Part shown: in pieces, positions 38,834 to 49,983 of the stretch
Layout: every line of letters begins with the position of its first letter
Position numbering within the stretch: position 1 is the stretch's first letter
Assembly (NCBI GenBank): GCA_963666835.2
Contig: CAXXGO010000003.1
Span: 128,001-192,000 of the forward strand
Direction: 5' to 3'
Source of the DNA: Phycisphaerae bacterium
GTDB taxonomy: Bacteria > Planctomycetota > Phycisphaerae > UBA1845
Length of the DNA: 64,000 nucleotides
Translations under genes and position numbers: made by a program
The notes under the pieces: model-generated
Databases searched by the model: none
The model's input: only the letters and a program-made list of their open reading frames with translations
Told to the model about the DNA's origin: nothing

Positions 38834-40888
38834 ATGAAAACGACAACACGCGATTTCACACGAACGAAGGCCGTGTTTCTTTCCCTCCTGTTCGCGGTTT
38901 CGGGAGAGGCGTTTGCGGAGAATGCGCCGACTACGGCGGATGCCACGAACGTCGAGTTGCCGGCGGAAGAAGAGAAATTGCCCGATGATGTTCTGACACT
39001 TGTGCCGGCGGATGCCGTTATGGTGGCATACACCGAGCAGATCGAGCGATACTCGCAGTCTCGCGGGTTAGCGGCGTTGGCAGATTCGTTGACGCCGCTT
39101 CTACAGGTTGTTGACGAGGCCGTGGACGGTTCCGTTATGCTGGCTATAAGCGGGAGCCTGGTGAATCCGGCGTCCTGGCGGGTCACTGCGGCGGCGCGGA
39201 CGAAGCAGGAGGCCGACGAGTTCTTCCGTTATCTGGCGGACGACCTCGTCCCGGTCTGGAACGAGACGGCGCAGACGAGGCGAGCCGGACAGTTGCGGTT
39301 CTTGCCGGTGGGCGGGACCGGCCGATTGATGTTGGTCGGTCCGACTCCCGTCTTCATGACCGTGGCGGTACGGGACGGCCTGGTGTTCGGTTCGACCCGC
39401 TCGCGGGAGGCGGAGGACTGGCTCACGGGAAACGAGCTGGGCGAGTCGTTTGTCGACGGACGGGAATTCGCGCGGCTAAACGACGGGCGATCGGCGGCGG
39501 TGGGGGACTTAGCCTATGTGGATCTCCGCGAGCTTGTGCCGTTTGCCGTAACACAGCTCGATCAGACCTTCCCGGGTCTGGCCGAAGCTCTGCAGATAGA
39601 GAACTTCGAGAGTGTGGCGTTGATTGGAGGAAGTCGGCAGCGCCCCGCGGGGACCTCTACGCGGGATCTGCCGCGAAGTGCCTCGGGGCTGCGTTTGGCC
39701 ATTGGGGTTGAGTCGACCGAACGCGGGTTCGTTCGCCTGCTGGCGTCGCCGCCGGCACGCCCGTTGTTGGCACGCGTCTTCCCCCAAGAGACTCGGATTC
39801 TGCTGCACGGTTCGATGGAGCGAACTTCCACCGTTGTTGATAACCTGAACGTCGCGTTATCCGCCATCGACGAGGATATCGTGGCCGAGTATCGCCAGGA
39901 AGTCGCGGAGTTCAAGGAGAACGCGGGGTTCGACCCTCATTCAGAATTCCTGGCGTGCTTTGCGGGGGAGTGGGCGTTCGGGATGCTGGGGCCGGACCTT
40001 AAGAGTTCGCTTTTTGCCCTTCGGGTGGCCGATTCCGACGCCGTTAAGTCTATGATCCACCGACTGCAGGTGTTCTACGACCTCAAGATTGTCCGGGAAA
40101 GTTACCGCCGTTTGATGGTGGCGCACGCTCTGCGACGGGCGGGCGTCTTCTCCTACGCCGTAGTTGATAATGTGCTCCTGGCTTCCCCCGATAGAGAGAC
40201 GGTCCGTGCGGCGATCGACGCGGTTCTGGACAAGAAGGGGTTATCTCAAGTGCCGGAGTTTGCGACCATTCTGCGACATGTCGATGTCCCTACGTCTAAA
40301 CTGCTGTTCTGGGACGTAGACAAGCATCTTGCCGGTCTGGAGGGTGTTAGGGAGGGTGCCGGAATTGCGGCACTGGCAGAGTTGGGCGAGGTATGCTCTT
40401 GCCTGGGTTTGGCTCTGGTGCCGCATGAACAGATGATCTCTGTGGAGTTGATGCTGGGTGATGCGGACGGTATTGCGGTTACGGAGGTGGCGGCACGAGT
40501 GTTGGCGTCATCGGCGAAGAGGGTGAGACACGAGTCTCTGAGAACGGTGTCCATGACAAATGTCAAGAACACCCTCACCTACTGCATGATGTACGCGAAG
40601 CGGCATGAAGGGCAGTGGCCCCGGTCCATGGAAGATCTGGTGGCCGGCGGTATGGATGCCGCCGCTCTGTTTGTCGATCCCTACGCGCCTGCTGAAGATC
40701 TCGGCGAGCCTTATTATCTTTACCGTTACGTTCCGGATCTCGGAGAAGACTCGGCGGCGACCGAGTTGGTATTGAGCGAGCCGACCGTTCAGTATGGCGG
40801 AGCGGTATTCGGGTTCTCCGATGGCCACGCGGAATGGATCGAGTCTCCGCGGGCGGAAGAACTTCTGGAGATCATGCGCCGCAATTGA
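38834..40888 (+). CDS. Secreted protein with C-terminal DUF1559/H-X9-DG pseudopilin-like domain
   Basis: Signal peptide; SMTNVK...MMYA...WPRSMEDL...FGFSDGHAEW. Confidence 0.65.
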   Translation: MKTTTRDFTRTKAVFLSLLFAVSGEAFAENAPTTADATNVELPAEEEKLPDDVLTLVPADAVMVAYTEQIERYSQSRGLAALADSLTPLLQVVDEAVDGSVMLAISGSLVNPASWRVTAAARTKQEADEFFRYLADDLVPVWNETAQTRRAGQLRFLPVGGTGRLMLVGPTPVFMTVAVRDGLVFGSTRSREAEDWLTGNELGESFVDGREFARLNDGRSAAVGDLAYVDLRELVPFAVTQLDQTFPGLAEALQIENFESVALIGGSRQRPAGTSTRDLPRSASGLRLAIGVESTERGFVRLLASPPARPLLARVFPQETRILLHGSMERTSTVVDNLNVALSAIDEDIVAEYRQEVAEFKENAGFDPHSEFLACFAGEWAFGMLGPDLKSSLFALRVADSDAVKSMIHRLQVFYDLKIVRESYRRLMVAHALRRAGVFSYAVVDNVLLASPDRETVRAAIDAVLDKKGLSQVPEFATILRHVDVPTSKLLFWDVDKHLAGLEGVREGAGIAALAELGEVCSCLGLALVPHEQMISVELMLGDADGIAVTEVAARVLASSAKRVRHESLRTVSMTNVKNTLTYCMMYAKRHEGQWPRSMEDLVAGGMDAAALFVDPYAPAEDLGEPYYLYRYVPDLGEDSAATELVLSEPTVQYGGAVFGFSDGHAEWIESPRAEELLEIMRRN

Positions 40889-40901
40889 CACCCGGCACTG
40901 C

Positions 40902-41606
40902 TTACTCCGCGCCGTATTCGCGGAGTAGCTCGACGAACTCGTCCAAAACTGCGGCGCGGGCTAAGTGGAGTGCCGTCCGTCCGTCAGCGTCTTTGGCGTG
41001 GACGTCAGCGCCATGTTCGAGCAGGGTCCGGGCCACTCCGACATGGTCCCGCAAGATGGAGCTGTGTAACGGAGTCGTCCCGCGGGTAAGACGCGTATTG
41101 AGGTTCGCCCCTTTCTCGGCCAGAAGGGCGACGGTGCTCTGGCGGCGGCTGGTCACCGCGAGGTGTACGGCCGTGTAACCTCTGACGTCGGGTTGGTCGA
41201 TCGCTGCCCCTTCTGCAAGCAGAAGCTCAACGACGTTGTCGTGTCCATAGGCGGCGGCCAGCACCAGAGGGGTCCGCTTCGTTGAGTCTATGGCGTCAAC
41301 CGCCGCGCCGGAGTCAAGGAGGATGCGGGCCACGTCGACATGTCCTGCGCGAGCCGCAATGTGCAGGGGAGTCTGTCCGTCCTTAGACGGCGCGTTCACG
41401 ATAGCGGGGTGGTCTTCAATAAGCCTCGCGACCATTGCACTGTCGCCGGTTTTCGCGGCTTCGCATAGATTGGAAGATGCCTGGTCAGCGCCTCGCCGAC
41501 ATCCGGAGATGACTGCCAGAACGACCAGGGTCAATGCCCAGCACAGGTTCCGGCGGTATCGCATCGCCACTTTTCTCGGTCCCGGTGCCTTCTCCGGAGA
41601 GGTCAT
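40902..41606 (-). CDS. Ankyrin-repeat lipoprotein
   Basis: Repeated TPLH/TALH ankyrin units; ISGC lipobox. Confidence 0.88.
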   Translation of the reverse strand: MTSPEKAPGPRKVAMRYRRNLCWALTLVVLAVISGCRRGADQASSNLCEAAKTGDSAMVARLIEDHPAIVNAPSKDGQTPLHIAARAGHVDVARILLDSGAAVDAIDSTKRTPLVLAAAYGHDNVVELLLAEGAAIDQPDVRGYTAVHLAVTSRRQSTVALLAEKGANLNTRLTRGTTPLHSSILRDHVGVARTLLEHGADVHAKDADGRTALHLARAAVLDEFVELLREYGAE

Positions 41607-41733
41607 CGCGGTTCCTCTCTTGCTCCTTGACGAGGATGGGCTGGCGGAGGCTCTTCAGCGCCGCAACGGACCTCGGCCTGTACACCGCCTTGGCATAGAG
41701 GGAAGACCCTGCCCGGTCTTTCCGGAGACGGCG

Positions 41734-42897
41734 CTAGAACGTACCTATCCCGGTAATCTCGCGTCCGACAATCAACTGGTGGATCGTCTCCGTTCCTTCA
41801 TATGTAATCACGCTCTCGAGGTTCAACGCATGCCTGATTGCGTCGCACTCGATGCTGATGCCGCCGGCGCCCAGAAGATCGCGCGTATCGCGGGCCACAT
41901 CCAGAGCCATTCGAACGTTATTCCACTTCGCCAGGGACACCTGCGTGTGGTGCATCTTGCCGGCGTCCTTGAGTCTTCCAAGCTGCAGGACGAGCAGTTG
42001 GGCCGTTGTGATGCGGCGAAGCATGTTTGCCAGGCGGATTTGAACGGTCTGCTTGCCGGCCAGACAGCTTCCGAAAAGCTCGCGCTCCCGCGCGAAGCTC
42101 AGCGCCTCGCGGTAGCAGGCAATCGCCGCTCCGACTGCCCCCCACGCTATACCGTATCGCGCTTGAGTCAGGCAGCTCAATGGGGCCGATAGCCCCTGCG
42201 CGCCCGGGAGCTGGTTAGCCGCCGGCACTCGACAGTTGTCGAAGAACTGCTCACTGGTAATCGAAGCCCGAAGCGAGAACTTGTGCGGGATGTTGCGGGC
42301 CGTATACCCCGGCGTGTCTTTCTCGACGAGGAACCCGCGAATGCCGTCCTCAGTATTCGCCCAGACCACGGCCACGTCGCCGATAGTGCCGTTAGTGATC
42401 CACATCTTGGCTCCGTTTATGACCCAATCGTCACCAATTCGTACGGCGCGGGTCTTCATGGCTCCGGGGTCGCTGCCTCCGTCCGGTTCCGTCAGTCCGA
42501 AACAGCCGACAGCTTCGGCTCGAGCCAACGCGGGCAGCCAACGGTTCTTTTGTTCTTCGGTTCCCCAACGGTGGATCGGGTACATGACCAATCCGCTCTG
42601 TACGGAAGCGAAGCTGCGGACGCCGCTATCGCCGCGCTCGAGTTCCTGCATGATCAGCCCGTACGCGACGTTGCTTAGTCCGGCACACCCGTATTCGGAC
42701 AAGGTTGGCCCGAATAGTCCCAACGCGGCCATCTCCGGGACCAACTCCATCGGGAACCGCGCTTCCTCGAAGCACTCCCCCGCACTAGGAAGCACCCGAT
42801 CATCCACGAACCGCGAAACCGCATCGCGAACTTGACGCTCGTCCTCGGTGAGCAGTGATTCGATGTCGAAAAAGTCCGGTAGTTGGGTATCAGCCAC
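41734..42897 (-). CDS. Acyl-CoA dehydrogenase (glutaryl-CoA dehydrogenase-like)
   Basis: ELERGDSG, FGLTEPDGGSDP, KMWITNG, TYEGT. Confidence 0.9.
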   Translation of the reverse strand: MADTQLPDFFDIESLLTEDERQVRDAVSRFVDDRVLPSAGECFEEARFPMELVPEMAALGLFGPTLSEYGCAGLSNVAYGLIMQELERGDSGVRSFASVQSGLVMYPIHRWGTEEQKNRWLPALARAEAVGCFGLTEPDGGSDPGAMKTRAVRIGDDWVINGAKMWITNGTIGDVAVVWANTEDGIRGFLVEKDTPGYTARNIPHKFSLRASITSEQFFDNCRVPAANQLPGAQGLSAPLSCLTQARYGIAWGAVGAAIACYREALSFARERELFGSCLAGKQTVQIRLANMLRRITTAQLLVLQLGRLKDAGKMHHTQVSLAKWNNVRMALDVARDTRDLLGAGGISIECDAIRHALNLESVITYEGTETIHQLIVGREITGIGTF

Positions 42898-43064
42898 AAT
42901 GGGGCTCCGATTCAAAGTCAAGACGCCAACCTTGCCAATTGTCCCAACATCGGACCGCAGGTCAATCGGTCTCTGTGCCCGGCCGAATCTACGGCTTACG
43001 GGAGACGATCAATGATCTCATGATTGTCGCGGGGGACTCCGGTAACCTGCCCGACCGGTGGCAG

Positions 43065-43733
43065 TCAGGGCTCGCCGTCTTTGTCCTGATGACGGACGAT
43101 CTCGCCGGTGCAGAGAAAAACGACATCCTCGGCGATGTTGGTAGCGTGGTCGGCGATTCGTTCGAGGTTCTTGGCAACTGACAGAACATCCAGGAACGCG
43201 GCCATGTCCTCCGGCGATTCGGATGCCTCCCGTACGATGCCGCGGACAATCTGCCCGTAGAGGGCATCCACGGCTTCTTCCTGCTGGAAGACTTTGCGGG
43301 CGTCCGTGGCGTCTTGAGAGTTGTAGGCGCGGACGGCTTGGTGAAGAACGCTGCGGACCAACGGGTCCATCCGGCGAATCTCCACGCGTTGGGCATCCAG
43401 CTTGGTGATGTCCAGGTGGCACGCCCGCTCCGCGATATTCACGGCGCAGTCGGCCACACGCTCCAAATCGTTGTTTACCTTAAGAACCGTACAGAGCAGC
43501 CGCAGGTCGGAGCCCACCGGCTGATACAGAGCCATCAGCCGGATCACCTCCGTCTCGACTTCGACTTCTTCGCGGTCCACTTCGTGATCGCGCGTGCAGA
43601 CCCGTGCGGCGAGCGACTCGCTCCGCCGCATCACGGCCGAGCAGGCCTCGTCGACGATGTCTTCGACCAGAGCGGCCATTCGAAGGGAGCGGCGGCGGAT
43701 TCCGTCCAACAGTTCGACAAAATGTGCGGTCAT
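43065..43733 (-). CDS. phoU: Phosphate signalling complex protein PhoU
   Basis: DLERVAD and LERIADHATNIAE repeats. Confidence 0.95.
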   Translation of the reverse strand: MTAHFVELLDGIRRRSLRMAALVEDIVDEACSAVMRRSESLAARVCTRDHEVDREEVEVETEVIRLMALYQPVGSDLRLLCTVLKVNNDLERVADCAVNIAERACHLDITKLDAQRVEIRRMDPLVRSVLHQAVRAYNSQDATDARKVFQQEEAVDALYGQIVRGIVREASESPEDMAAFLDVLSVAKNLERIADHATNIAEDVVFLCTGEIVRHQDKDGEP

Positions 43734-43737
43734 TGTG

Positions 43738-44556
43738 CTATCCGAATCGTCCGGTGATGTAGTCTTGGGTACGTTTATCGCCGGGCTTGGTGAAGATCGT
43801 TCGGGTTTCGTTGACTTCGACAAGTTCACCAAGATACATGAAAGCCGTCAGGTCGGAGACCCGCCCGGCTTGTTGCATGTTGTGGGTTACGATGACGACG
43901 GTGTATTGCGTCTTCAGTTCGTGAATCAACTCTTCGATACGAGCCGTGGCCACCGGGTCGAGTGCGGAACACGGCTCATCCATGAGAAGCACGTCCGGTT
44001 GAAGAGCGACTGCCCGGGCGATACAGAGCCGCTGCTGTTGTCCTCCGGAGAGAGCAAAGGCGCTCTTATCGAGCTTGTCTTTGACCTCATCCCAAAGGGC
44101 CGCCTGCCGCAGCGAACGCTCGACCAACTCGTCAAGATCGCCGCGATATCCGTTGATCTTCGGCGCCCACGCAATGTTGCGATAGATTGACTTGGGAAAC
44201 GGGTTGGGTTTCTGAAAGACCATGCCGACCCGGCGGCGCAGCTCCACGGGGTCACACGCGGGTCCGTAGATGTTCTGGTCGCAGTAGAACAGCTTTCCCG
44301 TTACCCGTGTTCGGGGAATCAGGTCATTCATGCGGTTCATCGCCCGCAGCAAAGTGCTCTTGCCGCAGCCGGATGGGCCGATGATGGCGGTTACCTTACC
44401 CGGAGGGATCGACAGGGTAACGCTCCGAACGGCCTCATGGTCCCCATAGAACACCGAGAACCCGTCCGCGGAAATATGGGCCGACCGCTCGGTGCAGTCG
44501 CACACTTCGTTTGCCGCCGGCTCAGAGGCAGATGGAACCATGGTGTCAGTCCGCAT
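43738..44556 (-). CDS. pstB: Phosphate ABC transporter ATPase
   Basis: [35 protein letters not shown]; alternative start at 44667. Confidence 0.96.
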   Translation of the reverse strand: MRTDTMVPSASEPAANEVCDCTERSAHISADGFSVFYGDHEAVRSVTLSIPPGKVTAIIGPSGCGKSTLLRAMNRMNDLIPRTRVTGKLFYCDQNIYGPACDPVELRRRVGMVFQKPNPFPKSIYRNIAWAPKINGYRGDLDELVERSLRQAALWDEVKDKLDKSAFALSGGQQQRLCIARAVALQPDVLLMDEPCSALDPVATARIEELIHELKTQYTVVIVTHNMQQAGRVSDLTAFMYLGELVEVNETRTIFTKPGDKRTQDYITGRFG

Positions 44557-44710
44557 TATGCTGTTGCCATTCTTAGAAGGGTGATTGTGCCTCTTCCGCC
44601 CCTCCTTGCCAAGGAGGGTTTGAAGGACGTTCTTCTCCCGCCGTACGGATGCCCCTCTGTCCCCCATTGTCAACGGGGCGGGGTCCTGAGCGACTTCTCG
44701 GGAAGCGGCA

Positions 44711-46060
44711 CTAGTTTCTGAGTTTCTTGCCAATTCGGGCTCGCAGAAAGATGGCCACACCGTTCAACAACAGCACCAGCATAACCAGGGTGAATACCAT
44801 TCCGAACTGGACGTGCCGGATCTCGTCGACCGCTTCATGCTCGGAACACAGATTGTAGATGTTCCAGGGCAACGCCGGGGTCGGCTGGGACGCCGTGTCC
44901 CACAGGGACAGCGGCCGGCCCACGCTGACGGCGGCGGTGAAGATGATGGGGGCGGTCTCTCCGGCGGCGCGCCCCATACTGATCACAATTCCCGTTAGAA
45001 TCCCCGGAAGCGCCGCGGGCAGAATGACAGCCACGATTGCTCGCCAACGAGTGGCTCCCAGGGCGAGAGCGGCCTCTCGGAAGGTCTGGGGCACGCTGCG
45101 GATCGCCTCCTCGGACGAGCGGATTACCAGCGGAAGAACCAGTATTCCCAGAGTGAGTGAACCGGCCAGAACACTCTTAGACGGGGACACGTGCAGGGTG
45201 TTGATGAAGAACGCCAGCCCGAACAGGCCAAAGACGATACTCGGCACTCCGGCAAGCGTGCTGATGCACGAACGAATCACCGTGACCAGTCGGCTATCAG
45301 CCCGCGCGTACTCGACGAGGTAGATCGCCGAGATGACTCCCAGGGGTACCGCGAACAGGATCGCTCCAATCGTTAAGTACAGAGTTCCGAGCAGCTCGGG
45401 CCAGATTCCTCCGAAGAAGTGCGCGTCGAGCGACCCGTTGGTCAGGAACCGCCAATAGAAGGTCCAGCGTGGACGGAGCATCTCGTCAACGTGCTCTTCG
45501 ACATACGGGAACAACTGGGCCAGAGAGGTTCCGGCAAAACCTTCACTCCGTGGAGTCAGGACCTTTTGGCCCATTTCGTTCGGGTTGGAGTAGTCGTAGC
45601 TCTCAACGGTCAGCAGGTCTCGGAGCTTGACCTCGGCGCGGTCCCAGCGCACCTGCCCGTATTGGTCACGCAGGAGGATTGGCCGCGGATCACCTGGGGC
45701 AGGGCCGAACAAATCCCGGAGTCGGTCCTCAAGCTCCGCCACCCGATCAGCATACTTTCGCCGCAACGCGAACCCGCCGCTTTCCAGTTCGTTCTTGAAG
45801 GTGTCGACCATGTCGTACACCGGGCGGCGGGCGGCGAGCGCCTCGGACACCTCGAATTCGACGGATTCAGGATCACCGTGGGCGAACTGCTCCAGTTGAA
45901 GCCGGCGATGTTCGACCGTGCCGCGAAAGACGAACGCGCCGATGCCGCGTCCGATGATCGGGAACAGAAGGACGATCAGGGCGGTGCCCATCAGGGCGAT
46001 CGAAGCGAACCCCGCCGCGGTGAATGACCGATCCAGCAATCTGCGTGAGCTGATCTGCAT
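44711..46060 (-). CDS. pstA: Phosphate ABC transporter permease PstA with large soluble insertion
   Basis: [22 protein letters not shown]. Confidence 0.93.
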   Translation of the reverse strand: MQISSRRLLDRSFTAAGFASIALMGTALIVLLFPIIGRGIGAFVFRGTVEHRRLQLEQFAHGDPESVEFEVSEALAARRPVYDMVDTFKNELESGGFALRRKYADRVAELEDRLRDLFGPAPGDPRPILLRDQYGQVRWDRAEVKLRDLLTVESYDYSNPNEMGQKVLTPRSEGFAGTSLAQLFPYVEEHVDEMLRPRWTFYWRFLTNGSLDAHFFGGIWPELLGTLYLTIGAILFAVPLGVISAIYLVEYARADSRLVTVIRSCISTLAGVPSIVFGLFGLAFFINTLHVSPSKSVLAGSLTLGILVLPLVIRSSEEAIRSVPQTFREAALALGATRWRAIVAVILPAALPGILTGIVISMGRAAGETAPIIFTAAVSVGRPLSLWDTASQPTPALPWNIYNLCSEHEAVDEIRHVQFGMVFTLVMLVLLLNGVAIFLRARIGKKLRN

Positions 46061-46061
46061 A

Positions 46062-47210
46062 TCAGGTCTTGCCTTTGTCCGAGCGTCGAACGATGACTTC
46101 GCTGATCAGATTGAAGAAGTACGAGATCGTCAGCAGGCATAAGGCCATTCCAAACAGCACGTGATACCTTGCCGAGCCGGTGACGTGGTCTGCCTCGCCC
46201 ATCTCCCCGGCGATGGTCGCGGTGAGAGTCCGCACCGGTTCGAGAAGATTGAACCAAGGGTGGGGAATCTGTGCGGCGTTGCCGGAGGCCATCCACACGA
46301 CCATGGTTTCTCCGATGGCCCGCATGATTCCGAGGATTATTGCCGCACAGATGCCGCTCCGGCCGGCCGGAAGGACCACTCTCAGAAGGGTCTCCGCTCG
46401 CGTAGCCCCGAGCGCGTAAGCTCCCTCGCGAAGCTCACGACCCACAGACTGCAAAGCGTCCTCCGAGACACTGACGACCGTCGGTAAGGCCATGATTCCG
46501 AGGATGACGCAGACATTCAATGCGTTTGCTCCGCTGACGATCTCAATAGCCCCCACCCGACCTGACAGATGCGAGAGAGCCGCAAAGGTGAGTCCACCCA
46601 ACACCAGCGGAATGATCCAACGTCCAGCCCGGTGGCTCCACCCGCTAAGACGGCTCGTGATCGAATTGGCGGCGATAAGAACCGTTAACCCGAGGATCGG
46701 GACTCCGATCAGCCAGACCGCCACAGACAGGATCAACCCGCCTCGCTCCTGAAGCTGCGGCGCCAGGACGACGAGGGCGAAGAAGCCGAACGCCACCGAG
46801 GGGATGGCGGCCAGGACCTCGATCACCGGCTTGACGAGTTGACGGACCCGGAATGGCAGAATGTCGCTCAGGCATATTGCGGCAGAGACCCCAACGGGTA
46901 CCGCGACGAAGATCGCTCCGAGGGTTACCAGCCCGGTGCCCACGAATATGGACAGAGCTCCGAAACTCGCGTTCTCGGCCGAAGGATACCACGCGGTACT
47001 CGTGAAGAACTCCGTTACTCCGCGGAGCTGAAAGAACGGCAACGCGTCCCTGATAATGAAGTAGAAGATGAACAGGACCGTAACGGCGGAACTCGAAGTC
47101 AGCCCCAGAAGTACGGCATGGCCGGCGAACGCCATCAGGCGTTTGCGCCGGCCGGCCGCTCTGCTGATCAGCAGGTTCCTGCGGGGCATCGATGTTGCGC
47201 CGATTGGCAT
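46062..47210 (-). CDS. pstC: Phosphate ABC transporter permease PstC
   Basis: LAAIPSV, RAIGETM, TLTATIA. Confidence 0.93.
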   Translation of the reverse strand: MPIGATSMPRRNLLISRAAGRRKRLMAFAGHAVLLGLTSSSAVTVLFIFYFIIRDALPFFQLRGVTEFFTSTAWYPSAENASFGALSIFVGTGLVTLGAIFVAVPVGVSAAICLSDILPFRVRQLVKPVIEVLAAIPSVAFGFFALVVLAPQLQERGGLILSVAVWLIGVPILGLTVLIAANSITSRLSGWSHRAGRWIIPLVLGGLTFAALSHLSGRVGAIEIVSGANALNVCVILGIMALPTVVSVSEDALQSVGRELREGAYALGATRAETLLRVVLPAGRSGICAAIILGIMRAIGETMVVWMASGNAAQIPHPWFNLLEPVRTLTATIAGEMGEADHVTGSARYHVLFGMALCLLTISYFFNLISEVIVRRSDKGKT

Positions 47211-47237
47211 GAGTTTACCGTCTATTCGAGCCGGTCA

Positions 47238-48068
47238 CTAATCGTGGTACTGGGTCACCGGGATGAACCCGATGCTCTCGACAATCTCCTGGCCTTCGCG
47301 CGTAAGGTGCATCGTTACAAAGGCGTGCAGCGGCGAACCCATGGCCGGATATCCGTTAGTGAACATGTACAACGGCCGGGCGATTGGGTATCGCCCCGAA
47401 GCGATGGTCGCATTGTCCGGGAGGATGTTGTTCATCCGCAGGGGTTTGACGCTTCGGTCGACAAAGCCCAGGCCCACATACCCGATAGCGGCCGGGGTGG
47501 ATTGCACTCGGGCTCGGACGGCCCCGTTGCTGCCGACGTGTTCCGCTCCCGAAGATACTTCTTCCTTGTTCATTACGAGGTTCTCGAAGGTCTCGAACGT
47601 GCCGCTGTTCGTGTCGCGACTTATTGTAATGATCTGCTTGTCGGGGCCACCCACCTGCTTCCAGTTAGTAACCCGTCCGGCATAGATGTCACGGACCTGC
47701 GACACGGTAAGGCCGCTGATCGGGTTCGCCGGATGAACGATCATGGCGATGCCATCAACCGCAACGACGTGGGCCACCGGGGTTATGCCCTTGGCGACGG
47801 CAGCCTCGAACTCCTTGGTCTTCATGAAACGCGACATGTCGGCGATGTCGCACGCGCCGTTGATCAGGCTCTTGGCCCCGTTTCCACTACCCGACTCGCT
47901 GACCGTAATGTTGACCTCGGGATGCTGCCGCATGTAGTGTTCGGCGAACGCCTTGGCGATCGGGCCGACCGTAGTTGACCCATCGATGACGATCGTGTCA
48001 TTGCCCGCCCGAACCGGGCTGACCAGCATCAACACCGTTGCCGCTAGGATGACTGTCGTGCATTTCAT
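47238..48068 (-). CDS. pstS: Phosphate ABC transporter substrate-binding protein
   Basis: DGSTTV, GSGNG, SRDTNSGT, YPIARPL. Confidence 0.93.
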   Translation of the reverse strand: MKCTTVILAATVLMLVSPVRAGNDTIVIDGSTTVGPIAKAFAEHYMRQHPEVNITVSESGSGNGAKSLINGACDIADMSRFMKTKEFEAAVAKGITPVAHVVAVDGIAMIVHPANPISGLTVSQVRDIYAGRVTNWKQVGGPDKQIITISRDTNSGTFETFENLVMNKEEVSSGAEHVGSNGAVRARVQSTPAAIGYVGLGFVDRSVKPLRMNNILPDNATIASGRYPIARPLYMFTNGYPAMGSPLHAFVTMHLTREGQEIVESIGFIPVTQYHD

Positions 48069-48279
48069 TCTCTGTTTCTCCAATAGTCGTTTGAGGTTCG
48101 GTCGGACCCTCCGCCGGGACAATAAGCACGTTACTGTCTCGGCGAAGGACCGACGTTACCTATAGCCTCCATCCCCCGACCGCGCGGTACCTTTCACGGG
48201 GCACCCCGCGTTCTCCATTTCACACAAAAGTCGCCGGCTAACCCGGGACGTTGCTTGCCTTCCCCAAGGCTGTTGCCGT

Positions 48280-48483
48280 CTATTCGGCATCGTCGTTCGT
48301 GGCGAACAGGTCTTCCGCCGCCGGGAACAACGCCTCCAGAAGGTCCGTAGTGTAGCCCTTAACGAAGGACTGCGTGCCGGCCACGAGGTTGTAACGAAGG
48401 TCCACGGCGGAACAGGCCGAGCTGTAGACCATGCCGGCGGTCAGGACACCCAAGACCGCAGTTTTTACCTTGTTGATTCGCAT
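48280..48483 (-). CDS. Small secreted protein / lipoprotein
   Basis: AGGAG RBS; signal peptide ending SSAC; lies within the porin-pst run. Confidence 0.65.
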   Translation of the reverse strand: MRINKVKTAVLGVLTAGMVYSSACSAVDLRYNLVAGTQSFVKGYTTDLLEALFPAAEDLFATNDDAE

Positions 48484-48510
48484 TCAGATGCTCCTGTTAG
48501 TGGTGAATCC

Positions 48511-49869
48511 CTAGAGACTCATCTTGAAACGCAGCCCTCCCACGAGGGCATTACGGTCGTCTTTATCCCCACCCGCATTGGCGATGAACTGAAGATCGGG
48601 GCTGATGGTCAGCCATGGTGTCACGTATATGGCGTAGTAGAGTTCGTACACGGTTTCTCGATCGGCACGTTCGTGGACGCGTCTATACTCGTCCGAGAGG
48701 ATTCCCTGGGCAACACCGAGACCCAACCGGTCCTTATCCCGTGTCGGGAACAACCCTTGATAGTGGGCCGCCGCCGCCCAGAAGTGTTCGACCTTGTTCA
48801 CTTCCCCGTGGGCATACCCGTATCTGCCTGCGATGCTGAGACCCTGCTTGTCCTTGGGGTCGTCGTTTTCCTTCCAGACCAGTTGGTCGAATCCGACGAA
48901 GAAGCCCCATTGACCGCTCTGGTAGCGCGGAGCGCGCAGCCCACCGAGCGTGTCCCAGTACCGCTCCTTCGTAGTCGGATCAAACCAGGTGCCGACTCGG
49001 TAGTGCCCGCCGAGCTTGCCGTTGGCGGAATCGAACTTCGGCTTGATACCCAGCTCACCGAAGAACCTGTATTCGTCCTCGTTGTGGAACGCCGTGTCGA
49101 AGTTCGTCCGCCGGTCTTTCGAGTGAGCGTCCAAAGCGGCGACCCGGGCGTAGACTTGGTCAGTGACGTTCCAGTTCACGAACAGGCCCAATCCCTTATT
49201 CGACGGAATCGTAGCGTTACGAACCAACGTCCGGTTCAGAAAGAGCGAGTCCTCGTCGCCCATTACGATGCTGCAATCGAACAGGTCCTTCACCGGCTCC
49301 ATCCGGCCGATCCGGAACTCGAGGCGACCATCGAGGAGTTTCTGCTTCCAATGCCATTTGTCGATGAAGAGTGGCTCTTCGCTGCCGGCATCCTGGTTGG
49401 TTTTGAAGATTCCCCCTATCTTCTCCTTGTCGAAATCGCTGTCGTCACCACCCCACGTACCCTTTGCTCTGAAGAAGAACTCGGCACCGTCGACGAGGTG
49501 CATCTTCTCCAGGTCCAGGTACGTGCTGAATTCGTAACTGCCGGCGGTGTCGTGCCCGTTCCGGGTCTCTTTGCCGCCGTACATGTTGACCATCAACTGG
49601 TTCATCAGTTTGATCTTGAACTTGACGCCGACTTCCTCCAGGTCCGTGCGGACGCCGCCCCAGTCTCCGGTGAGACGCGGGGCCGTACGGAGGTCGAAGG
49701 GGCGTGCCATGTCGGCAGCCACGTCTCGCTCGGTCGGCGGCGGCGAGCGATCCGAACTTGGTTCGTTTGCTTGGTTGCTTTGCCCGGTTGCGGGGTCGAC
49801 TGCAAGGCAGCCAATCCATGCTATCGACGCTATCATGGCGACTGCAGACGTCCTTGAGGTGTGGTTCAT
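48511..49869 (-). CDS. OprB-family carbohydrate-selective porin
   Basis: LTGDWGGVR N-terminal motif; ELYY...ISPDLQFI...GGLRF C-terminal strands. Confidence 0.88.
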   Translation of the reverse strand: MNHTSRTSAVAMIASIAWIGCLAVDPATGQSNQANEPSSDRSPPPTERDVAADMARPFDLRTAPRLTGDWGGVRTDLEEVGVKFKIKLMNQLMVNMYGGKETRNGHDTAGSYEFSTYLDLEKMHLVDGAEFFFRAKGTWGGDDSDFDKEKIGGIFKTNQDAGSEEPLFIDKWHWKQKLLDGRLEFRIGRMEPVKDLFDCSIVMGDEDSLFLNRTLVRNATIPSNKGLGLFVNWNVTDQVYARVAALDAHSKDRRTNFDTAFHNEDEYRFFGELGIKPKFDSANGKLGGHYRVGTWFDPTTKERYWDTLGGLRAPRYQSGQWGFFVGFDQLVWKENDDPKDKQGLSIAGRYGYAHGEVNKVEHFWAAAAHYQGLFPTRDKDRLGLGVAQGILSDEYRRVHERADRETVYELYYAIYVTPWLTISPDLQFIANAGGDKDDRNALVGGLRFKMSL

Positions 49870-49983
49870 TCCAGCTCCTTCCTGGGTCGCGTGGACACAC
49901 TGTCACGACAAGGTGCCCGGCAACCCTGAGAAGCCTGTCGCCGGACCATCCTATTCACGTCCGGCGGATTCTCACGGTCCTTC

